64,000 nucleotides of DNA from Candidatus Omnitrophota bacterium (GTDB lineage: Bacteria; Omnitrophota; Omnitrophia; Omnitrophales; Aquincolibacteriaceae). The stretch lies in assembly GCA_023247035.1 (NCBI GenBank), contig JAHFHG010000005.1:7515-71514 (forward strand), given 5' to 3'. Numbering within the stretch: position 1 is the stretch's first letter; the number at the start of each line of letters is the position of its first letter. Below, one piece after another: positions 29,908-39,706 of this stretch. The notes beneath the pieces were generated by a model, which ran no database searches, had not been told where the DNA came from, and saw nothing but the letters and a program-made list of their open reading frames with translations. The translations under genes and the position numbers were made by a program.

Positions 29908-31255
29908 AAGAGGAAGTAACGGCTGTTTCAACATTTGTTTTAGAATTTTGCGTTTCAAATTGCGCAGGCTCGGGATCCGGCTTGGAAATGCGCGAAGAAG
30001 CATAACGCAAAAGTTCCAGCATCGGGCGCTTCGAGGGGCACACGTAAGAGCAGTTTCCGCATTCGATGCAGCGCTCGACGCCGTAATCGCGGGCCGTTTC
30101 GAAAAGATCCCGTTCCGCGGCCAGCGTGATCATCACGGGAGAAATTTCAACCGGGCAATGGGCCACGCATTCCCCGCACCGGATACACGGTTCGACTCGC
30201 CCGGGCTTGGCAATTTCCGGAGGAAGCCCCAGGACCGCCGAGGTCGAAGCGATGACCGGCACGGCAAGATGTTCCTGCGCCATTCCCCTCATCGCCCCGC
30301 CCATAATGATTTTCTCTGGCCGGCGAAGCAAACCCCGCGCGCTTTTAATCAAGAATTCAAAATCCGCTCCGATGCGCGCCCAAACATTCTGTGGTTCCAC
30401 GATACATTCTCCGCCCACCGTCACGACCCTTTCATAAAAAGGCTTCTGAAGCGCGACCGCTTCGTAAGCCGCAAACGCGGCGGCCGGTTCAAAGACAGCG
30501 ATCGAATCTTCTGTTTCCTTGGAGCGAAATTGTTCAATGAGCAAAGAGGGCTCGTCTTGAGGAAATAGGGACGGAAAGATCCGGACCTCAAAATTTTTCC
30601 ACTTGAGGAAATAAATCTTGCTCTTCAGGATCTCCGCGGACTCCATCTTATCCGTTTCGGTCGCAATCATGACCCGTTCCGCCTCCGCCGCGCGCCGCAA
30701 AATCTCCGCGCCCTTCAAAAGTTCCAAAGGATGCGCCATCATTAACGCCTGGGCCGCGCTCACGTAAGGATCGGATTCGCAGGCGTTGATCACCATCGTG
30801 CGGATTCCCCGATGTTTCAAGATTTTTACGTGAAGGGGCATATTTTCGCGCTTGAAATCCGTGAGCCCCGCGTCGCGAAAAAGATTCAAATAATCTTCCG
30901 CGGAAAAAATCTCCCAGCCTTTTCTTTCAACGCCGATTTCGGCAAGCCGGCTGTCGCGCGAATCGGAAGTAATCTCAACACCGGAAGCAATGCCTTTTAA
31001 AGGATGCGGGAAAAATCCGAGGCCCGTCACTTCTCCCGCCACGCTGGAATGAATCGCGAGAGATTCGCCGCCGGAAGGAAGCGCGATCGTTTCTCCGACT
31101 TTCACGCGCGCGCCGAGGGCGACGCAGGGAACCGCCGGAGGCCCTGAAAAATCATCGTAAGGGATCCTGACTTTTGCCGGTGGAAACGGGCGGCGGATCT
31201 TGCAGGAAAGCAGGCTCGATTCTTTTTTGGATTTAAGAAGGATTCCCGGTGACAT
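29894..31255 (-). CDS. rnfC: RnfC/RsxC family subunit (divergent)
   Basis: IHSSVAGEV, INACESDPY, ERVVTVGG, two [4Fe-4S] motifs CIRCGECVAHCP and CIECGNCSYVCPS. Confidence 0.88.
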   Translation of the reverse strand: MSPGILLKSKKESSLLSCKIRRPFPPAKVRIPYDDFSGPPAVPCVALGARVKVGETIALPSGGESLAIHSSVAGEVTGLGFFPHPLKGIASGVEITSDSRDSRLAEIGVERKGWEIFSAEDYLNLFRDAGLTDFKRENMPLHVKILKHRGIRTMVINACESDPYVSAAQALMMAHPLELLKGAEILRRAAEAERVMIATETDKMESAEILKSKIYFLKWKNFEVRIFPSLFPQDEPSLLIEQFRSKETEDSIAVFEPAAAFAAYEAVALQKPFYERVVTVGGECIVEPQNVWARIGADFEFLIKSARGLLRRPEKIIMGGAMRGMAQEHLAVPVIASTSAVLGLPPEIAKPGRVEPCIRCGECVAHCPVEISPVMITLAAERDLFETARDYGVERCIECGNCSYVCPSKRPMLELLRYASSRISKPDPEPAQFETQNSKTNVETAVTSSYGEK

Positions 31256-31320
31256 GATTTTGTGTGTTGTTGATTTCAATAAAAAAAATAATTTTATTGC
31301 CCCCTGCAGAATCAATTTTA

Positions 31321-31390
31321 AGGGCGTATGGCAACCTGCCGGCTCGCCTTTCGGCGGACCTGCGGCGAGCGAGGCAGGTACGCCCCTACA
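31321..31390. repeat. REP-like palindrome interrupted by a 44-bp CCTGCC...GGCAGG hairpin
   Basis: AGGGCGTATGGCAA[31335-31378]TACGCCCCTAC; outer part matches the palindrome at 14765. Confidence 0.75.
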
Positions 31391-31399
31391 GTGGGAACG

Positions 31400-32224
31400 T
31401 CAGTTTTGAATCTTCAACCCGTCGTTTAATTTTCCTTGGCGATACCCTTCCGGATCAATCTCAACGGATTCAAACCCGAGCTGCTTCAATTTTGAGGAAA
31501 TTTTTTCAGTGAGCGCCGGATCCGAAATGAGACGGGCCAATTCCTCTTTTCCTAATTCCACTTTCGCATCATTTCCAAAATGCCGGAGCCGGACGATCCG
31601 GAATCCGCACGATTTTAAAAAAGCCTCGCCTAAATCAACTTGCCGGAGTTTGGCCGGCGTAATTTGCTCGCCGTAAGGAAAACGGCTTGAGAGGCAGGCG
31701 GCGGCGGGCTTATTCCAAGTCGGAAGCCCCAGTCCGCGGGAAATTTCCCGGATCTCGCTTTTGATAAGGCCCGCCTCCACAAGCGGGCTTTTAATCTGAT
31801 GCTCCGCCGCCGCGACCAGCCCGGGACGCCAATCGCCGAGGTCGTCTACGTTCACTCCATTGGCAATCGTTTTGATCTTCCACCGGCCGGCAAGATTTGT
31901 AAGCTGAGTATAAAGCTCCGTTTTGCAAAAGTAGCAGCGGTTGGCGGGATTGGCGGCGTAATTCGGATTTTCAATCTCCCGCGTTTCGATCCAGGAATGG
32001 TCAATGTCAAACTGATCCTTCAAGGATTCCACTTCTTTGAGTTCGGCCTGCGGCAGGGATTCGCTCTTTGCGGTCACGGCCTTTATCCGTTCACGTCCGA
32101 GGACGTCCCGCGCCACCTTCGCCACCAGCGCGGAATCGCAGCCCCCGGAGAAAGCAATGATCACGCTTTCATAGGAAGCCAGAATCTTTTTAAGGCTCTC
32201 GTATTTCTCAGGCAAAGGAATCAA
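31400..32224 (-). CDS. larE: LarE-like ATP-dependent sulfur transferase (PP-loop)
   Basis: AFSGGCDS, NPANRCYFCK, DDLGDWRPG, ACLSSRFPYG, GYRQGKLN; TTG start after GGAGG. Confidence 0.88.
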   Translation of the reverse strand: MIPLPEKYESLKKILASYESVIIAFSGGCDSALVAKVARDVLGRERIKAVTAKSESLPQAELKEVESLKDQFDIDHSWIETREIENPNYAANPANRCYFCKTELYTQLTNLAGRWKIKTIANGVNVDDLGDWRPGLVAAAEHQIKSPLVEAGLIKSEIREISRGLGLPTWNKPAAACLSSRFPYGEQITPAKLRQVDLGEAFLKSCGFRIVRLRHFGNDAKVELGKEELARLISDPALTEKISSKLKQLGFESVEIDPEGYRQGKLNDGLKIQN

Positions 32225-33305
32225 TCCAGCCTCCTCCCAAAACGCGCGGGCCGTCGTAGAAAACCGCGGCCTGGCCCGGGGTGATGGCATCTTGCGGCTC
32301 GTCGAAAGTAACTCTTACAGACTTATAATCGCTTCCGACTTCCAGCGCTGCGGGAGCCTTTTTGTGCTGGGAACGGATTTTCACCTGAGCGCGGAAATGC
32401 AGCCTCTCGCCCGGATTTAAGAACCAGTTGACCTTTCCCACTTCACAGGTACGATTGAAGACCTCCTCCTTGGCGCCGACCACAATTTCGTTTTTTTCAG
32501 GATCCGTATCGATCACGTAAAGCCGCTCCGAGTGGGCGACTCCCAATCCTCTTCGCTGCCCTCTTGTATAATGAAAAAATCCCGAATGTTCGCCTAAGAT
32601 TTTTCCGTCTTTTGTGCGGATTGCGCCTCGAGATTGAGCCTGAGCAGCCTCTGGTTTTTCGCGTTTCAAAAACGTCCCGTAATCATTGCTCGGGATAAAA
32701 CAAATTTCCTGGGAATCGGGCTTGTCCGCGACGCAAAGATTCCTATTTTTGGCCTCGGCTCGGATCTCAGCCTTCGTGTAGCGGCCCAGCGGAAGCGTAA
32801 GATGTTTTAAAACATCGCTGTCCAGAGGAAACAAAACATAAGACTGGTCTTTGGAGCTGTCCAGGCCTTCTGAAAGAAAAAAAGCTTCGTTTGGAGCGTC
32901 GTAATCCAGACGGGCGTAATGGCCGGTGGCGATAAAATCGTAGCCAAGCTGGCGCGCGCGGGAAAGAAACAGACGGAATTTAATGTGCTCATTGCAGGCA
33001 ATGCAGGGATTCGGCGTGCGGCCTTTGAGGTATTCGGCGGTAAAATAATCCACGACGTATTGCTTGAACTCTTTTTCGAAATTAAAAACCCAATAACGAA
33101 TGCCTAAAGTATCCGCCACCTCGCGCGCGTCTTCAACTCCCGTAAGCCCGCAGCACGTTTTGGTATTACGGTCCGCGCACGTCTCCGAGGCCCAGGTGCG
33201 GATCGTAGCTCCGGCCACCTCGTGGCCTTCCTCTTTCAACAAGGCCGCCGCCACCGAGCTGTCCACTCCGCCGCTCATGGCCACAAGGATTTTTTTTCTG
33301 TCCAT
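32208..33305 (-). CDS. mnmA: tRNA-specific 2-thiouridylase
   Basis: AMSGGVDSS, TPNPCIACN, ATGHY, KDQSY, DSQEICF, GQRRG, TPGQAAVFY. Confidence 0.98.
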   Translation of the reverse strand: MDRKKILVAMSGGVDSSVAAALLKEEGHEVAGATIRTWASETCADRNTKTCCGLTGVEDAREVADTLGIRYWVFNFEKEFKQYVVDYFTAEYLKGRTPNPCIACNEHIKFRLFLSRARQLGYDFIATGHYARLDYDAPNEAFFLSEGLDSSKDQSYVLFPLDSDVLKHLTLPLGRYTKAEIRAEAKNRNLCVADKPDSQEICFIPSNDYGTFLKREKPEAAQAQSRGAIRTKDGKILGEHSGFFHYTRGQRRGLGVAHSERLYVIDTDPEKNEIVVGAKEEVFNRTCEVGKVNWFLNPGERLHFRAQVKIRSQHKKAPAALEVGSDYKSVRVTFDEPQDAITPGQAAVFYDGPRVLGGGWIDSFA

Positions 33306-33334
33306 AAAATTTCCCGGAAATTATTTGAAAACGA

Positions 33335-34075
<741 letters not shown>

Positions 34076-34134
34076 TTAAAGGAACGTGCAATCCGCCGAG
34101 GATCGTGATGGATCGTCATTGTGATTTGAACGGC

Positions 34135-35523
34135 TCACTGATCTTCCGCTTCTTCCCGAATGGATTCATAGGTGACATCAAGCAGAAAATTTAATTCCTC
34201 ATGAGAAATCGTTAAAGGCGGCATCAAAACAATCACCGGGCCCAGCGGGCGCAGGATCACACCTTTTTTTTTGGCGCGCCGGGTCACGCGAAGGCCTATC
34301 TTTTCGCGCCAGGGGAAAGGCTCCTTTGTCTTCGCGTCCTTCACAAGCTCAATGCCGATCATAAATCCTGCCTGCCGAATATCGCCGACAATCGGAATGT
34401 TATAAAAATCCGCAAGCCTTCGCTGCGCAAGACTGATTTTGAGTTCCAGTTTTTCCAGGACCCTGTTTTTTCCAAAAAGCTTCAAGCTCGCAAGCGCGGC
34501 GCTGCACGCTAAGGGATTGGCCGTAAATGTATGGCCGTGGAAAAAAGTTTTGAATTCTTGGTACTCTCCCAGGAAAGCGCTGTAAATTTTTTCGGTTGCA
34601 AGGGTCGCAGCAAGGGGAAGGTACCCGCCGGATAACCCCTTTGCGACGGCCATAAGATCAGGGGCCGCATTTTCCTGCCGGCTTGCAAACAAGCTCCCCG
34701 TTCTCCCAAAACCAGTTGCCACCTCGTCGGCAATAAGCAGCACATTATACTTTCTGGTCAGTTCCCTTGCACGCGAAATGTAGCCGGAGGGCTGATCAAT
34801 CATTCCCGCCGCGCCCTGCATCAGAGGCTCCAAGACAAGCGCCGCGATTTCTTGATGATGCCGGGCGAGCACCTTCTCAAGCCCGCTCAAGGCCTCGTCT
34901 CGGACCCTGTCGGCCTCACTTCCTCCCGGCCACCGGTACCGGTAAGGAGAAGGGGCGCTGAAGGTCTCAAAAAGAAGCGGCCTGTAAATTTCGTGGAAAA
35001 GATCAATCCCTCCGACACTTACGGATCCCAGGGTATCGCCGTGATAAGCGTTGACCAGCTTGACAAATTTGGTCTTGGCGGGTTTGCCGGTCTGGCGCCA
35101 GTATTGATACGCCATCTTCAAAGCAATTTCAACGGCCTCGGAACCGGAGTCGGAATAAAAAACCCGCGCCAATCCCGCCGGGGCGATACGGATTAATGCT
35201 TCGGCAAGCAGGATCGCGGGGCCATTGGAAAGCCCAAGGAAGGTGGAATGAGAAATGGCGTTAAGTTGTTTTTTGACGGCCGCGTCGATTTCTTTGACGC
35301 GGTGGCCGTGGACATTGCACCAAAGGGAGGAAACGCCGTCCAAATAACGTTTGCCGTCCATATCCTCAAGCCAGACGCCGCTGCCGCTGCGAATAATCGT
35401 GATTTTTTCCTTCTCCCAATCTTTCATTTGGGTAAAAGGATGCCACACGTATTTTTTGTCTTTGGCTTCTAAGGATCGCTTTTTATAAGCCTTTTTTTTT
35501 ACGGCCGTCTTCACCGATTGCAT
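34135..35523 (-). CDS. bioA: 7,8-diaminopelargonate aminotransferase
   Basis: WHPFTQM, SSLWCNVHGH, SGSEAVEIALKMA, YHGDT, DEVATGFGRTG, AKGLSGG. Confidence 0.97.
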   Translation of the reverse strand: MQSVKTAVKKKAYKKRSLEAKDKKYVWHPFTQMKDWEKEKITIIRSGSGVWLEDMDGKRYLDGVSSLWCNVHGHRVKEIDAAVKKQLNAISHSTFLGLSNGPAILLAEALIRIAPAGLARVFYSDSGSEAVEIALKMAYQYWRQTGKPAKTKFVKLVNAYHGDTLGSVSVGGIDLFHEIYRPLLFETFSAPSPYRYRWPGGSEADRVRDEALSGLEKVLARHHQEIAALVLEPLMQGAAGMIDQPSGYISRARELTRKYNVLLIADEVATGFGRTGSLFASRQENAAPDLMAVAKGLSGGYLPLAATLATEKIYSAFLGEYQEFKTFFHGHTFTANPLACSAALASLKLFGKNRVLEKLELKISLAQRRLADFYNIPIVGDIRQAGFMIGIELVKDAKTKEPFPWREKIGLRVTRRAKKKGVILRPLGPVIVLMPPLTISHEELNFLLDVTYESIREEAEDQ

Positions 35524-35600
35524 TTCTTGCAGCTTTTCGCCTTCCGCCCTGACGAGCGGGCCGGGGACAAAGGCTTTTAAATCAGAACAACGATTGATTT

Positions 35601-36359
35601 TTAAACGAGCGGCGGGCCCTCTTCGCAGTGCAGGAGCCGGGTCTTCTTCCTCAGCGTCCTAAGGACAATGTAAACAAAAAAGCCGATACTCAAAAAGAAA
35701 ATCCAAACCGGCCGGAATTCAAGCTCGTGGTTCCCCAATAATTCAGCAAAGAATTTAATGGCGACGAACCCGGCGATGATGCCGAAGAAAGTTGAATATT
35801 CGCGTTTCAAGACCATACGCCACGAAAATCGGGCCGCCGGCCTGCGCCACTTCCGCAGATTGGGGAAAAACGCGGGCGTTGCGTCGGCCCATTTTTGGAA
35901 AGTTTCTCCAAATTCCTTTTCGAGGAATGCCTCCTCCGCAAAAATAATCCGCTCATAAAAAAGGCAGAAGAGGAGCGAAAACATAACGACGAACCACCAC
36001 ACCTGAACAAACAAGGCAAATCCGAGGGTGATCATGAAATTTCCAAGGTAAAGCGGATGCCGCATCATCGAGTAAGGGCCTTGGGTATTCAAAAATTTGG
36101 CAAGTTGGCCCTGGGTGTTCCGGCCCGATGTACCTTCCGGAACCCAGCCCACCGTGAGCATCCTCAGCCCAAGGCCGCTGAAGGAAATAAGAATACAAAA
36201 GATTTCCCATACCGTCTGCACTCCGTCCCCAAAATGCCGGCCGATATATTCGGAGTCCCTTAAAGCAGCGAGCAGCAAAGGAAGGATCAGCAGCGGGAAA
36301 TAACTGCGGCGCCTAAAAAGCCAGTTGCCTCTTTTTTCGAAATCGCGGCTGAGATTCAT
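35601..36359 (-). CDS. ICMT/PEMT-family membrane methyltransferase, LmtA-like
   Basis: FEKRGNWLFRRRSYFP, GTSGRNT, GPYSMMRHPLYLGN, YERIIFAEEAFL. Confidence 0.8.
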   Translation of the reverse strand: MNLSRDFEKRGNWLFRRRSYFPLLILPLLLAALRDSEYIGRHFGDGVQTVWEIFCILISFSGLGLRMLTVGWVPEGTSGRNTQGQLAKFLNTQGPYSMMRHPLYLGNFMITLGFALFVQVWWFVVMFSLLFCLFYERIIFAEEAFLEKEFGETFQKWADATPAFFPNLRKWRRPAARFSWRMVLKREYSTFFGIIAGFVAIKFFAELLGNHELEFRPVWIFFLSIGFFVYIVLRTLRKKTRLLHCEEGPPLV

Positions 36360-36364
36360 GGAGA

Positions 36365-37135
36365 TTAAAAACTTAAAACCGCAGGGCTGTCCTGGCCGCC
36401 GGCGATACAGCAAATCCGTTTCTTGCCCTGGCGTTTGGCCTGGTCCAGCGCCGCTTGAGCGCGAGAAGAAAACTCCTTCCTCTCCTCGCCGGTTTGATAA
36501 GAAGTGATGCCTGCGCTAAAACCGATATCCATTTTCTCCTCGGCCTGAATGAGAAGGCGGGAAAGAAGTTTTTCAGAACGGACAAGGTCGGTGTGAGGAA
36601 GCGCAATGCAAAAAGTGTCGTTTTCAACGCGGGTTAGAATGTCCGAGGAGCGGGTATGCCCCTGCAGAAAATGGGAGAATGTTCTTAATACCTCGTCGCC
36701 CCGAGCCCGGCCAAACTGCTCATTGCAGGAAGTAAAATGATCCAAATCCAAAAAACACAGCGCGATTGGAAAATGATAACGGCCGGCCCTCCGCAATTCA
36801 TTTTCAAGGGCCTGTTCAAATCCGGCGTGGTTCATCAATCCGGTGAGATCATCGCACAAAAGCCTTCTCTCAAGCTCAAGCCACCGCTTGCGGAAAAGCA
36901 AGGCTGAAACGCCCAAAAGAAGATTCAAAACACAAAGGCCGCCTACCCCGGCCCACAATCCTGCTTCCCTCTTGTTTTGAACAAGCCCTGCCCAATTTCC
37001 TTTAGTAAGATAAAACAAAATGCCTAACGCCAATACGCTGCAAAACCCCGTGGATTTAAGGAAAATTTCTTCGAGCCTTCTGCAGGAGTCCCGCTGACTG
37101 GTAAGATGATGATTTGCTAAGCGGTCAAATTTCAA
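36365..37135 (-). CDS. Membrane-anchored degenerate GGDEF-domain protein
   Basis: 2 TM; DDLTGLMN, DLDHF, GDEVL, SAGI, AKRQGK; active-site motif reads VENDTF. Confidence 0.85.
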   Translation of the reverse strand: MKFDRLANHHLTSQRDSCRRLEEIFLKSTGFCSVLALGILFYLTKGNWAGLVQNKREAGLWAGVGGLCVLNLLLGVSALLFRKRWLELERRLLCDDLTGLMNHAGFEQALENELRRAGRYHFPIALCFLDLDHFTSCNEQFGRARGDEVLRTFSHFLQGHTRSSDILTRVENDTFCIALPHTDLVRSEKLLSRLLIQAEEKMDIGFSAGITSYQTGEERKEFSSRAQAALDQAKRQGKKRICCIAGGQDSPAVLSF

Positions 37136-37201
37136 TCGATGGGTCCTTTTTTCAAGAAACGCGTGTCGGTGTTGCGCGTCATTATCGCACAGCCGGGATC
37201 T

Positions 37202-38386
37202 TTAGGCTATGGGAGATTGTTTGCTTTTCCCCAGGCAAGAAACCAACGCCCCAAGAAAGCGTTCGATATCTTCTTCCGTGTGATCCGCCCTCAATGTCAC
37301 GCGAAGCCTCGCCTTTCCCTTCGGGACCGAAGGCGGCCTGATGGCCGGCGCCAAAAAACCCTGATCCCTGAGACGATCAGAGACCGCAAGGGCGTCTTCT
37401 TCGGAACCTATAAGAATGGGAAAAATGGGAGAAGAAATCTTTTCCTGCAAAAGGCCTGCCTCAAAAAGCCCCCGCGTCATTTTTTGGACATTTCGCGCGA
37501 GATCAGCCCGCAGCCCCGGTTCCTCTCGAATAAGGCGCAAGGCCTGCGAAGCCGCTGCGCACACCGCAGGCGGAAGGGCCGTTGCAAAAATAAACGGCCG
37601 GGCGTGATTGATCAGGTATTCCCAGATGGTTTTAGAAGTTGCCGCAAAGCCGCCGAGACACCCCAGCGACTTCGACAAAGTCCCGACAATGACGTCGACC
37701 TCATTTTCGAGTCCGGCCTCTTCAACCGCTCCCCGTCCCCCCGCGCCGAGAACTCCCGTGCCGTGCGCGTCGTCGAGAATAAGCAGGCACTCATATTTTT
37801 TTTTCAGCCTCGCAAGCTCGTTCAGATCCGCGCAGTCTCCGTCCATACTGAACACGGTATCGGAAACTAAAACCCGCCGCCGGTAATTTTTGCTTTTCTC
37901 AAGGATTTCGAAACAGCGTCTGTAATTTTTATGGGGGAAAACGCGGATCGCGGCCCCGGACAGCCTGGCCCCGTCAATCAGCGAGGCGTGGCATAATTTA
38001 TCCATCACGATAACGTCTTTTTCATTCGCAAGCGCGCTTACGACTCCAATGTTGGCAAGATAGCCTGCGGTAAAAAGAAGGGCCTTTTCCTTTTTTTTGA
38101 AGTCTGCGATTTCCTTTTCAAGCCGGGTGTGAAGATCCGTGGTGCCGGAAATCAGACGAGCGGCTCCGGCCCCTACGCCGTAAAGTTCCGCGGCCTGTTT
38201 GAAGGCGCGGATCAGGCGCGGATGATGGGCCAATCCCAAATAATCGTTGCCGCAAAAAAGCAAAATTTCCCGGCCGTCCAGGAACGCATATTTTCCTTTG
38301 GGATCGGAAAGGAAACGCAAGCTGCGGTGCGAATGGCTGGCGCGAAGAAGGGCAAGCTCCTCCTCAAAGACCTGAAGAACGCTCAT
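37202..38386 (-). CDS. bioF: 8-amino-7-oxononanoate synthase
   Basis: NDYLGL, HASLIDG, VFSMDGD, DDAHG, GTLSKSLG, IRPPSVP. Confidence 0.95.
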   Translation of the reverse strand: MSVLQVFEEELALLRASHSHRSLRFLSDPKGKYAFLDGREILLFCGNDYLGLAHHPRLIRAFKQAAELYGVGAGAARLISGTTDLHTRLEKEIADFKKKEKALLFTAGYLANIGVVSALANEKDVIVMDKLCHASLIDGARLSGAAIRVFPHKNYRRCFEILEKSKNYRRRVLVSDTVFSMDGDCADLNELARLKKKYECLLILDDAHGTGVLGAGGRGAVEEAGLENEVDVIVGTLSKSLGCLGGFAATSKTIWEYLINHARPFIFATALPPAVCAAASQALRLIREEPGLRADLARNVQKMTRGLFEAGLLQEKISSPIFPILIGSEEDALAVSDRLRDQGFLAPAIRPPSVPKGKARLRVTLRADHTEEDIERFLGALVSCLGKSKQSPIA

Positions 38387-39606
38387 CGCTTTGTCTGGGC
38401 AAGGGCAATGGCGGCGATATGCCCTCCAAATCCCATTGAAAGAGAGACCGCGGTTTCGACCTGGGCCTTGCGTGCCTTTAAGGGCGTGTAATCCAGATCG
38501 CAGACAGGGTCACGTTCTTCGAGACCGGCCGTGGGAGGGATAAAGCCTTCATTCATTGCGAGGAGACACGCGATAATCTCAACCGCGCCCGAGGCGCCAA
38601 GCATATGTCCGGTCATTGATTTGGTTGAGCTCATCGGAATGCGACAGGCCTCGCGCCCGAACGCTTTTTTAAGCTGATCCGTTTCGTAAATGTCGCCGCT
38701 CAACGTTCCTGTGCCGTGCAGATTGATGTAATCGATCGTTCGCGGATCAAGCCGCGTTTTCTTCATGAGGTCACGCAGCGTTCTTTCCAGCGTATTGTTC
38801 TCCTTCTTAAAATGGAGAGGATCGGACGAGTCGATTCCGTAAGCGCCGCCTAAAATTTCTCCATAAATCCGGGCGTTTCTGGCTTTTGCGCTTTCCATCG
38901 TTTCAAGAAACACGATCCCCGCTCCCTCGCCGATTAAAAAACCGCTCCTCCGCTTGTCAAAAGGCCTCATTGAATCCTTGGCCAGGACTTTCATCTTCTT
39001 ATATCCTGCCAAAAGGAGCGGTACGATCGAGGCGTCGCTGGCGCCGGCGATACAATAATCAACCACGCCGTCGGAAACCATCCGCGCTCCCTCAAGAACC
39101 GCAACCGTGCCTGTGGCGCAGGCCGCAACGTAGCACTTGGCCGGGCCCTGGATCTTCCAGCGCCGGGCAATCCACTGGGCCGCAAAGTTCGGAACCGTAT
39201 TGGAATAAATCCGAGCGCCAAGAATAGCGCTCGGGTGTTTGGCGAACCGCTCCTTAAACCGGTCCAGCGTATGCATTCCGCCCTTGCTTGAACTGACTGA
39301 GATTCCGATCCGGTAACGGTCTATGGTTTCGGGATCAAAATAGGCGTTTTGAATCGCTTCGCCCGCCGCGGCGACGGCGTATTGAATAAAAGGATCCAAA
39401 AAATGGGCCTTGTGGGCGCGCGCCTCGAAATTTTTTACCTCAAAGGCCTTCGTGACGGGAAAATTAGAACAATCAAAACAGGTAATGCGTCCTTCCCCGG
39501 AAATCCCGCCGGAAAGATTTTTACAAAACGCGGGAACCCCGATGCCGATCGGGGAGACAACGCCCATTCCCGTCACCACAACCCGCCTTGGCAAATTAAT
39601 CCTCAA
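38383..39606 (-). CDS. FabF-like beta-ketoacyl-ACP synthase
   Basis: VVVTGMGVVSPIG, AACATG, RPFD, GEGAG, HGTGT, KSMTGHMLGASG, GFGG. Confidence 0.9.
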   Translation of the reverse strand: MRINLPRRVVVTGMGVVSPIGIGVPAFCKNLSGGISGEGRITCFDCSNFPVTKAFEVKNFEARAHKAHFLDPFIQYAVAAAGEAIQNAYFDPETIDRYRIGISVSSSKGGMHTLDRFKERFAKHPSAILGARIYSNTVPNFAAQWIARRWKIQGPAKCYVAACATGTVAVLEGARMVSDGVVDYCIAGASDASIVPLLLAGYKKMKVLAKDSMRPFDKRRSGFLIGEGAGIVFLETMESAKARNARIYGEILGGAYGIDSSDPLHFKKENNTLERTLRDLMKKTRLDPRTIDYINLHGTGTLSGDIYETDQLKKAFGREACRIPMSSTKSMTGHMLGASGAVEIIACLLAMNEGFIPPTAGLEERDPVCDLDYTPLKARKAQVETAVSLSMGFGGHIAAIALAQTKR

Positions 39607-39706
39607 TCCTTTTTATGAACCGGCGCCGCCTTGCGCGATGGGTGTAAAATAAAAAATAAAAAACAGACGGGGCGGGCTGGAGATAACGGTTCGAAAATCT
39701 TTAAGA

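Noticed and set aside
28474-30568. Long plus-strand ORFs of 239, 178 and 262 aa (and similar ones opposite rho, polA, gyrA/B, cysN)
   Set aside because: Antisense shadows of well-supported genes
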